This document shows positions 7,550 to 16,773 of a DNA stretch of 64,000 bases, in pieces (the first letter of the stretch is position 1; each line of letters begins with the position of its first letter). The translations under genes were made by a program, and so were the position numbers. Origin of the DNA: an uncultured Candidatus Saccharibacteria bacterium (GTDB taxonomy: Bacteria > Patescibacteriota > Saccharimonadia > CAILAD01 > JADZBC01); contig CAZRJR010000001.1 of the NCBI GenBank assembly GCA_964600985.1, positions 335,431-399,430 on the forward strand, written 5' to 3'. The notes below the pieces were generated by a model. That model was not told the origin of the DNA, did not search any database, and worked only from the letters and a program-made list of their open reading frames with translations.

Positions 7550-8274
7550 GGTAAATCCCTCTCTCCTGATACTAGCTTGTATAAGTTTCTTGCCGCTTCG
7601 TCTTCATCCACTGTATATTCGATGACCTTTGTTACTACAAAAGGTATGATTTCTTTTTCCAACTTAGCAAAGAGGACGTTTATGTAGATGCGCCAATTGC
7701 GGCCGCTACCATCATCTTCGAATACCCGCCACTTTGACATCTTTTCTATTCTGTCGTCTAATGTCGGGACGGGTTGGCCGCGTCTTGGCTGCTTAAACTC
7801 AAAAGTAACAACTTGTTTACCATGCTCTACCGTGCCTAGATGGGCTAAGTAATCTCGAAACCCATTCCAGATGAGTTTTTGTCCTGCAGCATCATTTTTA
7901 TCAACGCCAAGTTCAATGCCATTGTCGAACAAAAGCTTGATAAAGTGTCTGAAGGCATCTGTTTCGCTCACAGTGAAATACACTGAGTCGTGTGGAGTGA
8001 AGCGTTGTGGCTTATCTATGAAGTAGCAAATCTTCGTTAATAGACTCAATGCACTAAATGCGGCCAGAGCAGAAGTTATATTGCCACCACCTAGTTCATT
8101 ATCGATATGTAGATTATTGGCACGTACATAGACAAATGTACGATGATCGGCGCATAGTCCACCAATTCGTTCTTGAATAATCTTGACTACTTCTGATTTA
8201 TAAACACCAATAGCCCCACTGCCATATCCGGCAGCGACAACTCTTTCGGCGATTTCGTATTGGTCTATCATCAA
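7546..8274 (-). CDS. Hypothetical 242-aa protein embedded in the hsd operon. Contains an R-x4-H dyad (FRDYLAHLG) reminiscent of HEPN RNases; family not identified.
   Basis: ATGA overlaps on both sides (with orf420 and hsdR). GC is about 42%, versus about 49% for the hsd genes. Confidence 0.6.
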   Translation of the reverse strand: MMIDQYEIAERVVAAGYGSGAIGVYKSEVVKIIQERIGGLCADHRTFVYVRANNLHIDNELGGGNITSALAAFSALSLLTKICYFIDKPQRFTPHDSVYFTVSETDAFRHFIKLLFDNGIELGVDKNDAAGQKLIWNGFRDYLAHLGTVEHGKQVVTFEFKQPRRGQPVPTLDDRIEKMSKWRVFEDDGSGRNWRIYINVLFAKLEKEIIPFVVTKVIEYTVDEDEAARNLYKLVSGERDLP

Positions 8275-9533
8275 TCAGTTTCCTTAACTTCACTGCCGTC
8301 AGAGTATAGGTTGTAGATTAGGTAGTGCATCTCAACTGATTTTTTATCGTCTTCCAAGCTGTGCTTAGCTACGAAATGCGTAGGGTCTATTTGCTGAAAA
8401 CCATTTATATATGATTCGCTGTTGATAATCTCGGCCGCCAGACTGTCGCGGACTTGTGTGAAGTTTTTATTGCGTGCGAAGAAAATAATAACGCCAAAGT
8501 TATGTCGCCAAGTAAGGTAACCCCTGATTTGGTCTATTGTACTGAAAAGAAGTTGTTTGCCGCCCCATATCTTGCACTCAAAAATCAATATATTACCCTT
8601 GTCGATGCGCAGGTAGATATCTGTTTTGCCTTTTTTCGAGAAGGTTTCGCCAGTGGCAGACCCGTCAAACACTTCATTGAGGTGAGCAAGCAATAAATCT
8701 CGCAATTCTTCCTCACCAAGCGGCGAAACAGATTTCGGTGTTCGCTCCAGCGCCTTCATGTAGCTGTCGATGAATTTGATAATCTCCAAGACTTTCTTTT
8801 GGTCAAGCTCGTACTCTTCCACCGGCTTAGCTTCTGGTTTGAGCTTCTTAACCTCTTTCTTGACCTGTATTCTAGGCTGGACTGGTTCGGTAGCGCCGCG
8901 TTTTACTAGGGGAATTGATATCTTTTTTGATATACCATCTAACAAAGATTCGTTCTTGCTTATCTGTTCTTTGCGTGCGTTTATCTCATTGAGTGCCGCC
9001 TGCTTCAGCTCGGCATTGTGCTTCTTTATATCATTATTTTTCCACTCTATTTGCTGGTTAATGCGCTCGACTTCGGACGCAACTCTTTGTGCGACCTGGT
9101 CGTCGTTTAGCTCTAGGTTATAGGCTTTTATATCAAACCCAACGCCAATACAGTTTTGGTCGATTATGTAATTATCCAGGCTGTAGCTAACAGTAAAGGT
9201 AGATGTCAGTAGTGGCCAAAATTTTCGAAAGTCAGGAAAGTCATCTATCCAAGTACGGATTACACCTCGCTTTATTGGGAAGTTGCGCAAAGGACCTTCA
9301 TTTGCATACCACTCATCGCGCTGATTCGCCGGAATATCTACAACATCTTGTATTATTTCAAGCTCAGGACCTTTGACTATCTGTAGTTCCGGTAGGCCAT
9401 ATTTGTCGTAGTAATACTCGGCAAGCTCTTCTGTATCTGTACCGACTATAGTTGCTTCAGATTCACGGCGTATTTCACCCTGCATATCTTCAATTATCTT
9501 GCGGTATAAGTCGCTTATAGAAGCCCTGTTCAT
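8271..9533 (-). CDS. Hypothetical 420-aa protein embedded in the hsd operon. Central coiled-coil; C-terminal PD-(D/E)xK-like nuclease motif (GKTDIYLRID ... ILIFECKIW ... QIRGY).
   Basis: ATGA overlap with the hsdS stop and with the orf242 start. Low GC. The D...ExK spacing is typical of the restriction-endonuclease fold. Confidence 0.6.
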   Translation of the reverse strand: MNRASISDLYRKIIEDMQGEIRRESEATIVGTDTEELAEYYYDKYGLPELQIVKGPELEIIQDVVDIPANQRDEWYANEGPLRNFPIKRGVIRTWIDDFPDFRKFWPLLTSTFTVSYSLDNYIIDQNCIGVGFDIKAYNLELNDDQVAQRVASEVERINQQIEWKNNDIKKHNAELKQAALNEINARKEQISKNESLLDGISKKISIPLVKRGATEPVQPRIQVKKEVKKLKPEAKPVEEYELDQKKVLEIIKFIDSYMKALERTPKSVSPLGEEELRDLLLAHLNEVFDGSATGETFSKKGKTDIYLRIDKGNILIFECKIWGGKQLLFSTIDQIRGYLTWRHNFGVIIFFARNKNFTQVRDSLAAEIINSESYINGFQQIDPTHFVAKHSLEDDKKSVEMHYLIYNLYSDGSEVKETD

Positions 9534-10828
9534 ACTTTAATCTTTCCGGTGACGGCACTTGATATGAGGCTTGTGCGGCGCTCTTTTAGCAGGTCAATCT
9601 GTTCCTGGACTTTGCTTTTTAACGCCTCGTTTTTTACTTCACAATCATCCAGATACTTGGCTATTCTTTGTTGCTCATCTAAATTGAAATGGACGAAAAA
9701 AAGCTCGTTGAAAATTGTGCTGTTTAGGTTTGCCAGCCCAGAGGTGCTATTGGAGTAGTAGTTGTATTGTTCGCGGGCAAGTTGAGAGTTAAGAAGGTAC
9801 CAGTAGAATTTTGGCTCCTCATTTTCTTTGAGCCTCAATCGCTGCATGAAGTTTGAGTAACTATAACCTTGAGTAGATTCATCCACTACAGAGGTCTTGC
9901 CTATATGAAGTTCGCTACCGCTCGATTTGGTGATAACTAGATCACCAATTTCCAGTCTTGTTTTGTCATATTCTGACTTAGTAATTTGACGCGTGGCCGG
10001 GTCATCAAGGATCCATTGCCCGGTCATTGTCTGTTCAGTGGAGCGTAAAACAACAACGTCGGTTTCATTTCCCATAGGGTCATTTCCCCAAGCTCCGCCC
10101 GTATTTAGAGACAGTATGAACTTTAGTTGTTTCGCTGTAGTGCCGTAAGGTACCTCGCTTAACCACGTATTTTCCGTGTCTTTGAATTCTGCATTGTGGT
10201 TTAGACCGCGCGTGACGGCGTTGGTGATGGTTGCGCGGCGCTTCTCTTCCAGGAGTTCTAGCAGGTGTTGCTGTTTTGCGATTAGGTCGTCAATGAGCGC
10301 TGTTTCTTCATCCAGGTAATTAATTATGCGCTGTTGGGTATCGATAGACGGAACTGGTAGGTAGTATTTCTTGAACTCCGAGTAATTCAGCGTTAGGCGA
10401 ATACCCGTTCCCCAGCCATTTAGTACTTTCTGTCCATCTAGTGCTTTAAGTAAATAAGTAGCATACATCGGCAGAATGTTTTTGCGTGTGCGTAGTGATA
10501 TGTAGGCAGGTGTTATACACCCGCTTTTTTTGACTACGGCCACACGCTGGGTAAGAAAATCGTAGTTCAAGTTTAGGCCGTTTAGCATAATGTCGTCTTT
10601 CTCGACAACGGTATAGCGCCTTATTTCTTCTTTCGTCTTCTCATCCACGTCTATTTTTTTGTCGATAATCTCACCCAGCTTGAATTGCATAGGCTCAACA
10701 GATAGTAAGTCGGTGTTTGTTTGCTTATTCTCCTTGAAAAGAACGGATGCACGCAGCAAATTCCACTCATCAGGAATATCTCCCAAATATTTCAAACCAG
10801 AGTCTTTCATCGTCTGGTATGTTTGCAT
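9530..10828 (-). CDS. hsdS: Type I R-M specificity subunit (HsdS), two target-recognition domains
   Basis: Size (432 aa), position between hsdM and hsdR, and conserved central/terminal repeats (LxxLL...ITNAVTRGLN / ISSAVTGK). Confidence 0.85.
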   Translation of the reverse strand: MQTYQTMKDSGLKYLGDIPDEWNLLRASVLFKENKQTNTDLLSVEPMQFKLGEIIDKKIDVDEKTKEEIRRYTVVEKDDIMLNGLNLNYDFLTQRVAVVKKSGCITPAYISLRTRKNILPMYATYLLKALDGQKVLNGWGTGIRLTLNYSEFKKYYLPVPSIDTQQRIINYLDEETALIDDLIAKQQHLLELLEEKRRATITNAVTRGLNHNAEFKDTENTWLSEVPYGTTAKQLKFILSLNTGGAWGNDPMGNETDVVVLRSTEQTMTGQWILDDPATRQITKSEYDKTRLEIGDLVITKSSGSELHIGKTSVVDESTQGYSYSNFMQRLRLKENEEPKFYWYLLNSQLAREQYNYYSNSTSGLANLNSTIFNELFFVHFNLDEQQRIAKYLDDCEVKNEALKSKVQEQIDLLKERRTSLISSAVTGKIKV

Positions 10829-12516
10829 TAGTCCGTTACCTCGTTCAGCAATTTCAAAATATCTTTCGTGACGGCCTGTAGGTCGTCATCGATTTCATCG
10901 AGGTCGCGTGGCGGTTTGTATTCGTAGAAGTAGCGGTTGAACGGTATTTCGTAGCCAATGCGGTCTTTTTTACGGTCAAGTTTTGCTTCTGGCAGGTGTG
11001 GCAATACTTCGCGCTTGAAGTATTCGTCAATATCTTCACCTAGGGGCACATTTTCGGTATCTTTTTCTTTGCCGTTTAGCACCGTTACTTGCGTATAGCC
11101 AAAGTTTGCGGCGTCAAAAATCTTACTGCGCTTAGTAGGCGCGAACTTTTCGTATAGCTCGTATACTTCATCGATGTCTTCGGCCGTCATCTCTTTGTTC
11201 TTGTCGCCCAAGTTTTTGCGCAGCTTGTGGAATATGTTGCTGGCGTCTATTAGCTGGACTTTGCCTTTCCGCTCGGCGCTCTTGCGGTTTGTTAGCACCC
11301 AGATGTAGGTTGCGATGCCGGTGTTGTAGAACATGTTTGTCGGCAGAGCGATGATAGCTTCCAGGTAATCATTTTCAAGTGCCCAGCGGCGGATTTCGCT
11401 TGGACCGCTACCGGCTGCGCCAGTGAAAAGTGGTGAGCCGTTGTGGACCACCGCAACACGGCCACCCCCTTCATGCGCAGGTCGTAGCTTGCTTACCATG
11501 TGCTGAAGGAATAGCATTTGGCCATCGCTCACGGCTGGCGTGCCGGCCGGGAAACGCCCAGCGCTGCCGCGCGCGGCTTCAGCCTCAACAGCGTCCTTGT
11601 CTTTCTTCCAATCTGTACCGTATGGCGGGTTTGCGATTACATAGTCAAATGTCTTGTCGTAGAATTGGTCGTTACTGAGCGTGCTGTCTTCGGCGTGCTC
11701 GCCGCTGCCGCCTTTGATGCGGTTGGCATCTTCGCCTTTGATCAAAATATCACTTTTGGCGATAGCGTAGGTTTGGGGGTTTAGCTCCTGGCCATATAGG
11801 TAAACTTCGGCAGCCGGGTTGATTTTAGTCTGGATGTATTCTTTTCCAATGGTGAGCATGCCGCCGGTACCCATAGCCGGGTCATACATTTCAATGATTT
11901 TGTTTTCGCCTTTGATGCGCGCGGCATCCGGTTCTAGTAGTAAGCGCACCATCAGGCGGATAACCTCACGCGGCGTGTAGTGCTCTCCGGCGGTTTCGTT
12001 CGATTGCTCATTGAACTTACGGATCAGTTCTTCAAAGATGTAACCCATGTCGTGGTTGCTCACGGCTTCAGGGCTTAGGTCTACTTTGTCCAGTTCTTTT
12101 ACTATCAGGTGGAGTATTTTGCCGCCCTTTAGTTTGTTTAGCTGTTTGGCAAAGTCGAACTTCTCGATAATGTCGCGCACATTTGGGCTGTAGCCGTCTA
12201 GATAGTTGATGAAGTTGGCGTAGATGCCTTCGCTATCGTCAAGCAGCTTTTTGAAGTCGTAGGGGCTTGTGTTGTAGAACTTGTAGCCAGCGGCCTGCTC
12301 CAGGAAGGGCGTGAGGTCTGACACTTTGCCATCCATATCGCCGTAGGTACGCAGTACTTCGGGCTTCGTCTTGGCAAGCACACTATCTAGGCGTTTGAGC
12401 ACCACGAGCGGGAGTATCACGTCCTGGTATTCGTGCTGCTTCCAGCCACCGCGCAAAATGTCGGCGATATTCCATATAGTTGATGCTTGGTTTTTCGGGT
12501 TTTCGTGTGCTTCCAT
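10828..12516 (-). CDS. hsdM: Type I R-M N6-adenine DNA methyltransferase subunit (HsdM)
   Basis: Motifs GEHYTPREV, DPAMGTGGML (AdoMet binding) and VIANPPYG (catalytic NPPY). Confidence 0.9.
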   Translation of the reverse strand: MEAHENPKNQASTIWNIADILRGGWKQHEYQDVILPLVVLKRLDSVLAKTKPEVLRTYGDMDGKVSDLTPFLEQAAGYKFYNTSPYDFKKLLDDSEGIYANFINYLDGYSPNVRDIIEKFDFAKQLNKLKGGKILHLIVKELDKVDLSPEAVSNHDMGYIFEELIRKFNEQSNETAGEHYTPREVIRLMVRLLLEPDAARIKGENKIIEMYDPAMGTGGMLTIGKEYIQTKINPAAEVYLYGQELNPQTYAIAKSDILIKGEDANRIKGGSGEHAEDSTLSNDQFYDKTFDYVIANPPYGTDWKKDKDAVEAEAARGSAGRFPAGTPAVSDGQMLFLQHMVSKLRPAHEGGGRVAVVHNGSPLFTGAAGSGPSEIRRWALENDYLEAIIALPTNMFYNTGIATYIWVLTNRKSAERKGKVQLIDASNIFHKLRKNLGDKNKEMTAEDIDEVYELYEKFAPTKRSKIFDAANFGYTQVTVLNGKEKDTENVPLGEDIDEYFKREVLPHLPEAKLDRKKDRIGYEIPFNRYFYEYKPPRDLDEIDDDLQAVTKDILKLLNEVTD

Positions 12517-12581
12517 ACTGCTTACTATACCCCTTTTCCAGATCAGCGGCTAGTATGTGAATTTTGGCGTATACTATGGCT

Positions 12582-13004
12582 ATGGACATTGCCGATCTAC
12601 CCCCAGTTGAATTTAATGAGGATACCGAACCGCGCGATGATCGGCTACTTGAACTGCTCGATATGGCCTACCGTGGTCAAATAACGTGCACTATGGCGGT
12701 GGCGGATATGGGCGTAATTGTGCCTTTTAGTGACTTTCGGCCAACTGTTTCGGACAGCTACCGTGCCCACTTTGTGCAACAACTTAGCGAGCAATCACCT
12801 CCTGCCCTGTACGTGTATGCTCAGGACGGCAAGCTGATTATGAGTGATGACTACAGTGCGTATAGTCTGTACTTGGAGTATGGATTGGAGCACGCGCTGT
12901 GCGTGGTAATTGGTGAAACACCGCCGATTGACGGCGTGCACTACCAAGGTGAGCCGTTTGTACTACCCCTACCAAGCGTGGAGGTTTTGCCCTCGGGCGA
13001 CTAG
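12582..13004 (+). CDS. Small, strongly acidic hypothetical protein, divergent from hsdM
   Basis: About 28 D/E versus about 6 K/R in 140 aa. TATACT -10 lies 6 nt before the ATG (leaderless-type). The track start TTG 12564 is unlikely. Confidence 0.45.
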   Translation: MDIADLPPVEFNEDTEPRDDRLLELLDMAYRGQITCTMAVADMGVIVPFSDFRPTVSDSYRAHFVQQLSEQSPPALYVYAQDGKLIMSDDYSAYSLYLEYGLEHALCVVIGETPPIDGVHYQGEPFVLPLPSVEVLPSGD

Positions 13005-13017
13005 CTCTTAGCAAGTA

Positions 13018-13046
13018 TTGACATATTGTAGCATAAGTGTTATAAT
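13018..13046 (+). promoter_or_regulatory. Perfect consensus promoter TTGACA-17-TATAAT (the spacer contains TGTAGCATAAG)
   Basis: ttgacatattgtagcataagtgttataat read directly. Confidence 0.6.
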
Positions 13047-13105
13047 ACGCAAGTTCTATCGTATCTCGACATTACTACCACCTACCGAATCAGGAGTGTG
13101 CTGAA

Positions 13106-13771
13106 ATGCACGGCATCCAGCTCGTCGTCGTGACCATTGCGATGATCTTCATGTCCCTCTATGCAATTCGAGAGCTTTACCTGTGGCGAGCTGAGATCAT
13201 CCTCGGTACTCGACTGGGAACCGCCTACGGTGTGTTCTGGGGCCTCGTCCTCACGTACACGGCCGGCAAGTGTTTCCAGAACTTCCAGGTGGGGCCGGAG
13301 TTCTACCGGTACCACTTGAACGACCTTGGCTTTGTGGCCGCCTGGGGCGGCATCATCTTGAACATCGAGATGAAGAGCCTTTGTCGCCGGGAGTTCGTGG
13401 CCTTCAACAAGCGGCCCATCATCACGCTTCGCATGGGACTGAGTGTGGCGCTCATAGCCGCTCTCATGTTCGAGTACATGACCGCGCACGATGATGGCAC
13501 CTTCACCACCCAGGGGCTTCACTACTCCGGCCAGTTGGACTACATGGACATCACCATGTACCTGACCTGTTTCGTTGCCATGTGGCTTCTCGCTCCGTGG
13601 ATGTACGAAGTCAGAGACGCTCCTGCCGTGGCCGAGGTGAGTGTTGCCCCAGCGGCAGCCAAGAGCCGGGCGCAGAAGTTGACCCCACCCACTGGTGTTG
13701 ACCCGAAAGCTATGTCTCGACGGACCACCCCCAAGGGGACCAGGCCCCAGCCAGCGAGGCGCAAGCGGTAG
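13106..13771 (+). CDS. Polytopic membrane protein (about 5-6 TM helices), high GC, unknown function, basic P/R-rich C-terminal tail
   Basis: SD CAGGAG before the ATG. Hydrophobic segments. GC3-rich codons. Confidence 0.6.
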   Translation: MHGIQLVVVTIAMIFMSLYAIRELYLWRAEIILGTRLGTAYGVFWGLVLTYTAGKCFQNFQVGPEFYRYHLNDLGFVAAWGGIILNIEMKSLCRREFVAFNKRPIITLRMGLSVALIAALMFEYMTAHDDGTFTTQGLHYSGQLDYMDITMYLTCFVAMWLLAPWMYEVRDAPAVAEVSVAPAAAKSRAQKLTPPTGVDPKAMSRRTTPKGTRPQPARRKR

Positions 13772-13840
13772 TACAAGTGATGCGACAGCATCCCGCCGAG
13801 CTCCAGCAAGGAACTTGGAACTACCCAAGAGGGTACATGC

Positions 13841-13890
13841 CCCGATGAGAGTCACCCGACTCTACGTCGGGGCTCTTTTCGTTTAATTAA
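13841..13890 (+). terminator. GC-rich hairpin (CCCCGAtGAGAGTC...GACTCTaCgTCGGGG) plus CTCTTTTCGTTT
   Basis: Inverted repeat read directly. Confidence 0.45.
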
Positions 13891-13920
13891 TAACGTATTT
13901 ATATCGACGTACTAGTTGAA

Positions 13921-13952
13921 AGAGACCTGCCCAGTTTACCCAGGCAGGTCTC
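13921..13952. terminator. Perfect 10-bp hairpin gagacctgcc/ggcaggtctc between convergent genes
   Basis: Inverted repeat read directly. Confidence 0.45.
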
Positions 13953-13982
13953 GATCGTTTGCTGAATTTTTACTTCGGGCGA

Positions 13983-15235
13983 CTAAGCCACCAGCAGTTC
14001 CTTGCCGATGTCGGACCGGTACTGCTTGCCGGGGAACTGAATGAGCTCCACAGCGCGGTTGTTGTGCGTCTTGGCCACGTGAGGGTTGGCGTGGCGCGTT
14101 ACCACCGTGAGCACTCGCCCGCCCTTGGTGATCAGTTGCGACTCTTCATCGAGGTCGACACCCCCAAAGAAGATCTCCGTGCCGGGAACCTTCTGAGCCA
14201 CCTCTAGCCCAACGATCACGAACCCGTCACGGATCGCCGCCGAGTCTGGGTAGCCCTCGCTAGACAGCACAGTGGCAATCGTGTACTCCGGCGAGAACTC
14301 CACCGGATCCATGGGGAGGCCTGAGGCAGCCTGCTTGAAGGTCGTAAGCAGGTTGCTGGTAACCCGTGGCAGTACTGCCTGAGCCTCCGGGTCACCCATG
14401 CGGATGTTGTACTCCAGCAGGTAGGGCATGCCATCCACGATCATCAACCCGGCGTAGATGATGCCGCGGTAATCGATGCCACGGCGCTGCAGCTCGGCCA
14501 GGAGCGGCCGAATGGTCAGCTCGGCCCAATCGCTGAGCTTGGACTGATCGCGGGTGCGCGAGTACGCCCCCACGCCGCCGGTGTTGACGTCGGAACCAAG
14601 CGACAAGCGCTTGTAGTCCTGTGCCCCCTCGAGGAGCACATACTCGGTGCCGTTGCAGATGGCGAAGATCGAAACTTCGTACGCCTCGCCCGGCCCCTTG
14701 TTTTCGAGCGGCTGCTCGATCACCAGGGTCTTACCGGCTTCACCGAACTTACCGTCCAGCTTCTGCTGAGCGTCACGCACAGCGGCGTCGTAGTCGTGGG
14801 TCACAAACACACCCTTGCCGGCGGCCAAGCCATCGGTCTTGATCACACAACCGCCGTAGCGGTCCATCATGTAGCGCACTGCCGCCAGCATGTCTGCGGT
14901 ATTGGAAACCACACGGTACTCGGCCGTGCGTATTCCGGCCGCGCTGGCGATGCGCTTCATCCAGACCTTGGAGCCTTCCAGCTGAGCGCCAACAGCACCC
15001 GGACCCAGCACCAGCTTGCCCTGCCGGCGCAGCCGATCTGCTTCTCCGTGAACCAGGGGCTGCTCGGGGCCATACACGAACAGATCCGCCACCACATCGT
15101 CGGCCGACTTCACCCGCTCGAAAGGCATGCCGGGGTTGCCGCCCACCACCACGATATCGGCGTGGCGCCCCAGAACTTTGGCCAGGGCATGCTCGCGCGC
15201 ACCGCCTCCAATTACACAGACTCTCGGCCTGGTCA
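13983..15235 (-). CDS. purD: Phosphoribosylamine--glycine ligase (GAR synthetase, PurD), high GC
   Basis: N-terminal RVCVIGGGAREHALA (ATP-grasp PurD signature) and overall PurD architecture. GTG start at 15235 preferred over TTG 15248. Confidence 0.85.
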
Positions 15236-15374
15236 CTGATCCACTCAAGGTACCTTCTCTTTTCTATAGGGAACTACCATTCTGGCAATTCAACAAACGA
15301 ACGTGCGTACTATACCATAATTACTTTTTGTATCAAAGCATAAGATCTGACCGCCACAGACAAGCTGCTACATA

Positions 15375-16202
15375 CTATCTGCAGTAATCACTGTTCTTGC
15401 CCTGAACGCCATCTCCTGCCGGGAGTTGAGCTAAAATGGAATTATTTGCGTCACTAAACATTGAGAGCCAGCATAATGCGTAGCCAGCCTGACTAAGTTC
15501 GCTACCATGCTTTGATTTGTACTCGGAGCTTTGTGCTGCATTATTGGGCTTACGGAGGTCATAAACTCCTAGATCATATGCGGCGTTACCAGTAGTTGCA
15601 AAACCAATACTCGTAGCTACTACATCGCCTTGTTTAACCGCCACCGCAGTATTAAACCGAGTAGTGCGCGAATCGTTGGGTTTGGCTGCCGGGAGCTGAT
15701 CGGCTAACTTCTGGAACGTCGGACTCAATACACGCAAATGATCGTAGCGATAGGCAATTCCACAGTCATTTACGATTGTGAACATATACTGAGTCTCGCC
15801 AGACTCGATGTACCGTGAGCCTTCAGTTACTTTGCCATCATAAATGGCGTACACCTGTGTGGCGTTCTTGCCATCAGGGTAACGCAAACCACCATGAGGC
15901 TTATAGTTGCCGCCTCGATACTGCCCCGGATACAGTACGGCAGTAGCCTCAGACAGATTTGATGGCGTGGTAGCAAACCGTACGGGGCTTGCGCATGCTG
16001 GGGGCTTCCCCGACGCTTGCCATGTAACGCCATTAAAGCTCCAGGATACACTACCGCTGCTGGTTACTGGGTTGGTACTGTCAGTCTTTGAAGGATTGCT
16101 TCTACTGCCAGATAATCCAAACCATGCAACAGCCCCTATAACAGCAAGAATCCCTAAGATAATTACGAGCTCAATTAGGCTAAAGCCATTACGCTTATGC
16201 AT
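15375..16202 (-). CDS. Type IV pilin/pseudopilin-like protein (prepilin N-terminal cleavage/methylation domain)
   Basis: MHKRNGFSLIELVIILGILAVIGAVAW is a class III signal peptide (G|FSLIE). The ATG at 16202 is preferred over the track start 16271. TATACT lies 6 nt upstream (leaderless-type). Confidence 0.7.
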   Translation of the reverse strand: MHKRNGFSLIELVIILGILAVIGAVAWFGLSGSRSNPSKTDSTNPVTSSGSVSWSFNGVTWQASGKPPACASPVRFATTPSNLSEATAVLYPGQYRGGNYKPHGGLRYPDGKNATQVYAIYDGKVTEGSRYIESGETQYMFTIVNDCGIAYRYDHLRVLSPTFQKLADQLPAAKPNDSRTTRFNTAVAVKQGDVVATSIGFATTGNAAYDLGVYDLRKPNNAAQSSEYKSKHGSELSQAGYALCWLSMFSDANNSILAQLPAGDGVQGKNSDYCR

Positions 16203-16261
16203 AATGCTAGTATAGCAAACATACATCAAAACAATACATAGTTGTCTAAAAATGAGGAGAC

Positions 16262-16312
16262 CCCGCCCCACAATAGAGACGGAATCTCACAGGTGGAGCG
16301 GGGCTTGGGTCT
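16262..16312 (-). terminator. Hairpin CCCCGCTCCAC...GTGGGGCGGGG plus T5 downstream of the small membrane gene
   Basis: Inverted repeat read on the reverse complement. Confidence 0.45.
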
Positions 16313-16315
16313 TCT

Positions 16316-16570
16316 TCAGCTGTTGAGCGGCGCCATCTTGCCTCGCTTGATCTGGACGAGGCAGTAGATCGGTCGACCTACCATGTACCAGGGCCAGAGG
16401 AAGATGTGCCTCCCAGCGATCTCGAACCAGAACTTGAGCAGCTCGCTGATCATCTTGGCGTCCTGTGGAAAGTCTCGCGCAAAGTCGTGAAACATCACGA
16501 TGCCCAAGGCGAAAACCAGGGCAGATAGCACGATGCCACCGAGGTAGATGAAGGCCAGGATATCGAGCAT
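16316..16570 (-). CDS. Small (84 aa) two-TM membrane protein, high GC
   Basis: SD AAGGAG 6 nt before the ATG. Promoter TTGACT-17-TATTAT at about 16615-16650. Confidence 0.5.
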   Translation of the reverse strand: MLDILAFIYLGGIVLSALVFALGIVMFHDFARDFPQDAKMISELLKFWFEIAGRHIFLWPWYMVGRPIYCLVQIKRGKMAPLNS

Positions 16571-16699
16571 GAAAGCTCCTTGGGTCGGGCATCAGACGAT
16601 GCAGTGTTTCAAAAAAGACCTATATATAATATAACAAATAGCTATATCAGTCAATGGTCTGCAGCTCTATGAAGAAGTGGAGCCATATCAAGAAACAAG

Positions 16700-16765
16700 T
16701 ACTGAGCTGGCACTCTATACTAGGCGAAGTTCAGGAGTATGCCACTATAAGTGTGGATTAGAACT
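16700..16765. repeat. Conserved ~65-nt element E1 (CTGGCACTCTATACTA...GAAGTT.AGGAG...AGTGT...TTAGAAC), about 75% identical to E2
   Basis: Aligned by eye with 18071-18137. Shared 16-mer ctggcactctatacta. Confidence 0.6.
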
Positions 16766-16773
16766 CTGCAATA

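Noticed and set aside
9690-10660. A7/T7 homopolymer tracts inside hsdS (about 9693 and 10654) as phase-variation switches
   Set aside because: Seven-nt A/T tracts are too short to be reliable slipped-strand switches. No inverted hsdS half-gene or recombinase for a shufflon-type switch is present.
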